A stretch of DNA of 64,000 nucleotides from Trichormus sp. ATA11-4-KO1 (GTDB lineage Bacteria > Cyanobacteriota > Cyanobacteriia > Cyanobacteriales > Nostocaceae), in assembly GCA_019358915.1 (NCBI GenBank), contig JAHHIM010000065.1, positions 224,001-288,000 on the forward strand, written 5' to 3'. A model generated the notes under the pieces. That model had not been told where the DNA came from, searched no databases, and worked only from the letters and a program-made list of their open reading frames with translations. Shown here one piece after another: positions 59,009-64,000 of this stretch (the stretch's first letter is position 1; each line of letters starts with the position of its first letter). The position numbers and the translations under genes were made by a program.

Positions 59009-59310
59009 TGGAATACTTGATTTCCAAGGAAGCAAGCCAAGATTTAGATGAAATTTTGGATTATTTTTTAGTTCGTAATGTCAACGCTGGCGAAAGATTT
59101 ATTCGAGAATTTAATAAGAAGTGCCAAAACATAGCTCAATTCCCAAATATAGGGCGAAGTTACACCAAGTTTGACCCCAGGCTGAGAGGGATACCATTGG
59201 ACGGCTATATCATTTTTTATCGAGTTTTTGAAGATAGTGTTGTGATTGTCCGGGTAGTTAGCGGTTATCGAGATTTAGAATCTATATTTGCAGATATGGA
59301 CGATGAGTAG
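59005..59310 (+). CDS. ParE-family toxin
   Basis: ASQDLDEI, FPNIGR, YIIFYR, RVVSGYRD. Confidence 0.9.
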   Translation: MMEYLISKEASQDLDEILDYFLVRNVNAGERFIREFNKKCQNIAQFPNIGRSYTKFDPRLRGIPLDGYIIFYRVFEDSVVIVRVVSGYRDLESIFADMDDE

Positions 59311-59341
59311 ATTTTAGTTGTGAATTAGCGTAGAGGAATTG

Positions 59342-59454
59342 GGCGTTGCTGAATCATGGGATGAAATTTGATGTATTAAAATCTTAAACTCTTGATTCTC
59401 TCTGCGCCTTTGCGCCTCTGCGTGAGATAAATCATCCCGCAATTATGCAACGCC
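59342..59454. mobile_element. 113-bp MITE with 8-bp target-site duplication AGGAATTG
   Basis: GGCGTTGC...GCAACGCC ends; AGGAATTG at 59334-59341 and 59455-59462. Confidence 0.9.
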
Positions 59455-59464
59455 AGGAATTGCT

Positions 59465-59547
59465 GCGATCGCCTTCTAAAGATACTTATAATTAATTAAG
59501 GTGCATTGCATATATAAAAATACACCCTACCCCAGAGATGCGATCGC
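59465..59547 (+). repeat. HIP1-bounded spacer repeat A (copies at 60552-60628 and 61608-61696)
   Basis: gcgatcgcct...aggtgcattgcata...atacaccctacc...gatgcgatcgc. Confidence 0.85.
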
Positions 59548-59653
59548 GTTTAAATCTCGAATCAATCTCTATAACTGTTGCAATATAAGCTTTATAGCCA
59601 TAAGCTGCACTTGGTCGCACGAACCTTCGATCTCTAACTACTAGTAGGAACTA

Positions 59654-60292
59654 TTATGTTCCCGGACGAGAGCGAAGATGATCGGGTAGATGATGGCGAT
59701 CGCCCAATATTTCTAGCAAAGGGCCATTAACGTCAAATTTAACCATACCTACCGACGCGACCAAAATATTCACCCGATAGCGATAGCGCCCCAAATCAAT
59801 CCCTAGTAAACTGCAAAGTATAATCCGAATCGTGGCTTTATGGGAAACTACTAAAACATTACCTTGGGGATGTTTTTCTTGAATTTCAGCAATTACAGGC
59901 ATAGAACGGTTAGCAATATCTACCGCAGTTTCTCCACCTAATGGTGCATTCCAAGCCGGTTCTGTCAACCATTTTACATAGTTCTGGGCGTAATTCTCTT
60001 GAGCAAACGATTTACTCTTAGTTTCCCATTTGCCGTAACTACCTTCTCTCAGTCCGTCACGCAACTGCATCTCCATTCCAATAGCATCACAAAATGGCTT
60101 GGCGGTGGCAATTGTGCGCTTCATCGGGCTAACATAAACAGCTTCCCACTTCAATTTTTGATAAACATCGGCAAAACTCTTTGCCATCTGCATCCCTTGT
60201 GTTGTCAACTCCGCATCAGTTTCACCGCAGAAATTACCACTTTGACTAAAAGTAGTTTCTCCATGTCGCAGTAAATATAAATTGAGTGTCAT
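59654..60292 (-). CDS. Histidine phosphatase family protein
   Basis: LLRHGET, SPMKR, VVSH. Confidence 0.92.
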   Translation of the reverse strand: MTLNLYLLRHGETTFSQSGNFCGETDAELTTQGMQMAKSFADVYQKLKWEAVYVSPMKRTIATAKPFCDAIGMEMQLRDGLREGSYGKWETKSKSFAQENYAQNYVKWLTEPAWNAPLGGETAVDIANRSMPVIAEIQEKHPQGNVLVVSHKATIRIILCSLLGIDLGRYRYRVNILVASVGMVKFDVNGPLLEILGDRHHLPDHLRSRPGT

Positions 60293-60706
60293 AGCTTGTA
60301 TTGCAATTGGGATGAAGGCGTTTGTACCTCAATAAAATAGCATCAATCTCGCAATCGAGTATGTAACACCAGGACAAAGTAATCAACCAAAAAAGTTAAT
60401 CAATTGTATACAAAAGCGCTCGCATCAATTAGCGGTTAAGTTTAGTTGAGTTAATATGTAGGAACAATCAGTCCTAACTAATGTCTGGACTATTTAGTTA
60501 CACAAATTTTTACATAGATAACTTGCTGCGAACTGACAAGTCAGCGCTTGCGCGATCGCCTTCTGAAGAATAATTGATCAGGTGCATTGCATACACGACA
60601 ATACACCCTACCGGAAAGATGCGATCGCCTCCGGTGCTGCGCGCAATCGCTCTAAAGTGAGCTAATATAAATAATTACTTTGTTTTTATAATTCTTAGGA
60701 TTATCT

Positions 60707-61241
60707 TCATCTTTCTTCCCCAATCTCCCAATCTTCGTACTTTAAACCATCAATACGGCTAAATTCACGGATGTTGTGGGTCACAAGTGTGAGATCATTA
60801 GCTAGAGCGATCGCAGCAATTAATAAATCATTTGCTCCAATTGGAGTCCCTAAAGCATCAAGACGAGCGCGAATATTTCCAGCTATTTTTGCTGCTTGAC
60901 GATCAAGTGGTAAATCAGTAAACTCAACCAATAAATTTTCTGGCGTTGCATAAATGCGGGATGAATTGAGATAATTTGCCAAGGATAAACCTAGGTTCTT
61001 CGAGACTTTGCGACTTTGCGCGAAATAAAATTCATCCCATTAATCGGCAACGCCAATTTTCTAAGTGAGTCAGGTTCCTGTTAACATTGGCACTTTTGTA
61101 AGCACCGTAATACAGTTCACTATAAACAACAGTACAGATGTAAATCTCCCTAGAAGGTATTGATAAGACCTTTTGAGTAACAGGTGAATTTGCTGAATTG
61201 AGAATTTGGATACATGCATTGGTATCTAAAAGGTAGGCCAT
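60707..61241 (-). pseudogene. VapC/PIN toxin disrupted by MITE
   Basis: YLLDTNACI N-half and NDLLIAAIA...VTHNIREF C-half; removing 121 bp restores a 138-codon frame. Confidence 0.9.
60942..61054. mobile_element. 113-bp MITE with 8-bp target-site duplication AATTTTCT
   Basis: GGCGTTGC...GCAACGCC ends; AATTTTCT at 60934-60941 and 61055-61062. Confidence 0.92.
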
Positions 61242-61501
61242 TGAATCTCCTCTCGCGTCTCGAAAGGAAGCTGTTCTGGACGTTCAAGTGGTTCACCTTC
61301 CCAACTACCTATTACTTCTTCAAGAAACTTAGGAGAATATCCCAATTCTTCCGGTGTTTTGCTTACAGACGATGCAGATTCTTGGGTGACAGGTTGAAAG
61401 ACAACTACAACATCTAATTCTTGGTTTGCAATCTCGGCGGGAAGTTGAATGTGCAGAATTCCATCATCACCTATATGTGTTCTGAATCTCATGCTCTCCA
61501 C
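61226..61501 (-). CDS. VapB-like antitoxin
   Basis: THIGDDGILHIQLP...GSWEGEPLERPEQ; overlaps vapC start. Confidence 0.8.
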   Translation of the reverse strand: MESMRFRTHIGDDGILHIQLPAEIANQELDVVVVFQPVTQESASSVSKTPEELGYSPKFLEEVIGSWEGEPLERPEQLPFETREEIQWPTF

Positions 61502-61716
61502 GGCTTAACCTCCTAAATTATGAATTAACTTCTTCTTTTCATCTTATCCCAGCCCAATTTGCTGATGTTGCGGTTAAGTTTACTTGAGTCCATTGTACAG
61601 ATGAATTGCGATCGCCTCCTGAAGACACTCATAATTCATCAGGTGTACATAATTCATCAGGTGTATTGCATACACGACAACACACCCTACCGGAAGCACG
61701 TTAAAGGCTCGCAAAA

Positions 61717-63528
61717 CTAGGTTTTGATTTTTAATACAGGTTGATTAAATGGTTTAAGGTTTTTGCTTTGTTTGTGTTGTCGCGTCAACTCTATCAAATC
61801 ACTAGTAAATGCTTTAAGCCTTTCTGGGGGGCTAGTGAAACCAGATTTTCCACTATTATAATTTTCGAGAACTTTATCCAAAATAGTTATTGACTGCTGA
61901 AATAAAATTAAAGTATGCTCTTCATTACGTAAAATTTGTTGCAATTCAATAAATTTTTTTTCATTTTTCTTATTATTAATTAAGTCAATATCAAGCTTTA
62001 AATCAGATAATGCTAGTAGCCTAAATATCATAATAATTTGATACTTGAAGCGTTTGTAATACTGATTTAAATTGTTGGTTCTTATAAATTTTTCTAATCT
62101 GTAAAACGTATATGCACTTAGATAGTAGGGATAAAAGCTGTGATTTTCTACAAAAATTCTCCGGCTATTATTTTTTAGAAGTTCTCCATAGTATCTACAT
62201 GAGCTACTATGTGGTTCATTAAGAAACATAGCAAGAAAACACTTAACTTGAGTAGCAGTTGAAATTACTTTGTAGTTATCAACAATAGAGTTAGAGCTAT
62301 TGTACTGCTTTGATCGTCTTTCATAGTATAAACGATGTTTACGACCTTCATCATCATTAAAGCTTTCATAAAACTCCTCAAGCTTTTTGTTAAATGGCTG
62401 CAATGACCAAAACGCTTCTGGTTTCACCTCGGTTTGCCTATTAGTAGCTCTGATAATCTGATTTGTTATCTCTTCATCTGCTGTAATAATTAGCTTTATT
62501 GGCAAATATATTTGTTCATCTAATGAATCTTTATTTTTGTATAAAATATGGCTTGTTTGGCAGCCATTAACTATTTGATAATCTTTAATTTTAAAATATG
62601 TACCTGTTTTGTTAATTGATTTTGCAACAATAGTGGCTCCATTATTTAGCAGAACAAAACTATCTCTTCGTTTTTGATTTTTAATAGTGTCATTAATCTC
62701 AGAGTTAACAGTGTTATCACCTTGAAAGTCCCTAACGTTATCATAAAATAAATTTTTTTGCAGTGTACCATCCGTACTAGATATAAGTTTTAAATATTCT
62801 TTACAAGGTAAAATGCCAATATACGCTTCTTGCACTTTATCTATCTGTGGTAATATCGTGTGCCTCTCAAAATTAATTTCTCTTGTAACCTTATTTCGTA
62901 TCTCTTTGTACATATTTTGCAGATATTCTGCATCAACAGGAATAAACTTAACTCCTTCATGTCCTGAAGAAAATAAGCCAGTCTTTCTCAAATCTTCAAT
63001 TCCATCATTAATAACACTTAGTAAATTTCCATCTTGTAACCATTTTCCAGTAGTAACATAATACATATGACAAACTGGGTTTTCTTCCATGTGCAAACTT
63101 AGAGAATAAATATGTTTCTTTAATTCGAGCAATTCTTTAATCTCTTGACCTGTAGCTCTGGATGGCTGGTCTTTGAAAAAATCTCTCACACCATGAATAA
63201 ACTTACTTATATGTCCCAAATCAAAGTCGCTGGATGTTTTTGTCTGTATAAAAATGAATTTTGCATCTAGTCTATTTAAGGCTTTCTTTAAATCATCTAT
63301 TTCTTCTGTAGAAGAAGCCAAATTTTCATTAACCATGATAGCTAAGCCGTCAATACTGTTATCTCCACCTCCACCAATACTAATATCCTCAATACTAAAT
63401 CTTTCCGAGTGTAATCTTGAAATAATACAGTAATTTACAAAGTATTCAAACGCTGTATTTTTACTTAGGTCTTCCAAGCTATACTCTTGACAAAAATCTC
63501 TTAGATAAGATTCAATAATTTGATTCAT
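61717..63528 (-). CDS. AIPR-family (abortive infection phage resistance) protein
   Basis: IDG, FIQTK, LFYDNVRDFQG, LNNG, QIVNGCQT, ATNRQ, YYERR; low GC. Confidence 0.88.
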   Translation of the reverse strand: MNQIIESYLRDFCQEYSLEDLSKNTAFEYFVNYCIISRLHSERFSIEDISIGGGGDNSIDGLAIMVNENLASSTEEIDDLKKALNRLDAKFIFIQTKTSSDFDLGHISKFIHGVRDFFKDQPSRATGQEIKELLELKKHIYSLSLHMEENPVCHMYYVTTGKWLQDGNLLSVINDGIEDLRKTGLFSSGHEGVKFIPVDAEYLQNMYKEIRNKVTREINFERHTILPQIDKVQEAYIGILPCKEYLKLISSTDGTLQKNLFYDNVRDFQGDNTVNSEINDTIKNQKRRDSFVLLNNGATIVAKSINKTGTYFKIKDYQIVNGCQTSHILYKNKDSLDEQIYLPIKLIITADEEITNQIIRATNRQTEVKPEAFWSLQPFNKKLEEFYESFNDDEGRKHRLYYERRSKQYNSSNSIVDNYKVISTATQVKCFLAMFLNEPHSSSCRYYGELLKNNSRRIFVENHSFYPYYLSAYTFYRLEKFIRTNNLNQYYKRFKYQIIMIFRLLALSDLKLDIDLINNKKNEKKFIELQQILRNEEHTLILFQQSITILDKVLENYNSGKSGFTSPPERLKAFTSDLIELTRQHKQSKNLKPFNQPVLKIKT

Positions 63529-63867
63529 TTATGCTTCCTTGAAATTTCTTGAATACCGAAAATATTGAGCAAAACTGTTTATCTTACCATCTTGTTGTTA
63601 CTTACTTTACATAAAATAGTGCTCGTTGTAACTTTATTAAGTATCTTCATAGACAAGTCATTAACACGTCAACAAAATGAAGAGCCTTTTTTTACACTTG
63701 ATATTTAAATTGTAAATTTTATGATACACATTTTTATTTAAGAAAACCACTATTTCTACGTAACATTATGCATAGATTAATATACTAATTTATACAATAA
63801 CTAAACTTTTATTAAGTATCAATACCAATTGTATCACTTGCGATAAAGGTATCATTCAACATCCTAA

Positions 63868-64000
63868 TTAACTCTGCTCATGCACTAACTCCATTTTCAA
63901 CTTCTCAACCTCCATTTTCAATCTTTCATTCTCCAACCTCAACCTCTGATTCTCCTCCCTCATCACCTCAACTTCATTACGTTTACTCAAAGCTTGATTA
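63868..64000 (-). CDS. xisA: 3' end of nifD-element excisase XisA (not in ORF track)
   Basis: NQALSKRNEVEVMREENQRLRLENERLKMEVEKLKMELVHEQS*, coiled-coil tail recalled as XisA C-terminus; orientation opposite to nifD as expected. Confidence 0.8.
   Translation of the reverse strand, partial: NQALSKRNEVEVMREENQRLRLENERLKMEVEKLKMELVHEQS

Larger units (their letters stand above)
56321..64000. mobile_element. nifD excision element (continues beyond window)
   Basis: Starts at GGATTACTCCG (56321-56331), the known nifD-element recombination repeat; xisA-like 3' end at window edge. Confidence 0.93.

Overview
Chromosomal window from a heterocyst-forming cyanobacterium (Nostocales; abundant HIP1 octamer GCGATCGC, STRR heptamer repeats). 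Core content: phoD 5' part, lepB, clpC, rimI, lysA-cdaA-uppS, dnaK-dnaJ, the hydrogenase maturation cluster (hypF-C-D-E-A-B plus accessory genes) divergent from uninterrupted hupSL, a TetR-devBCA exporter, and nifB-fdxN-nifS-nifU-glbN-nifH-nifD. nifD is cut at the canonical GGATTACTCCG site by an excision element whose xisA 3' end appears at the window edge. Accessory zones: (i) a 2-kb insert bracketed by a duplicated clpC 3' end, holding a nuclease-gene remnant with a complete pentapeptide gene nested antisense inside it; (ii) a CHAT (caspase-like) protein with three antitoxin-like C-terminal repeats directly upstream of a RelE toxin; (iii) two arrays of toxin-antitoxin/defence cassettes separated by HIP1-containing direct repeats, with some junctions falling exactly at GCGAT|CGC. 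All family calls are by eye from motifs and gene context, not database searches.
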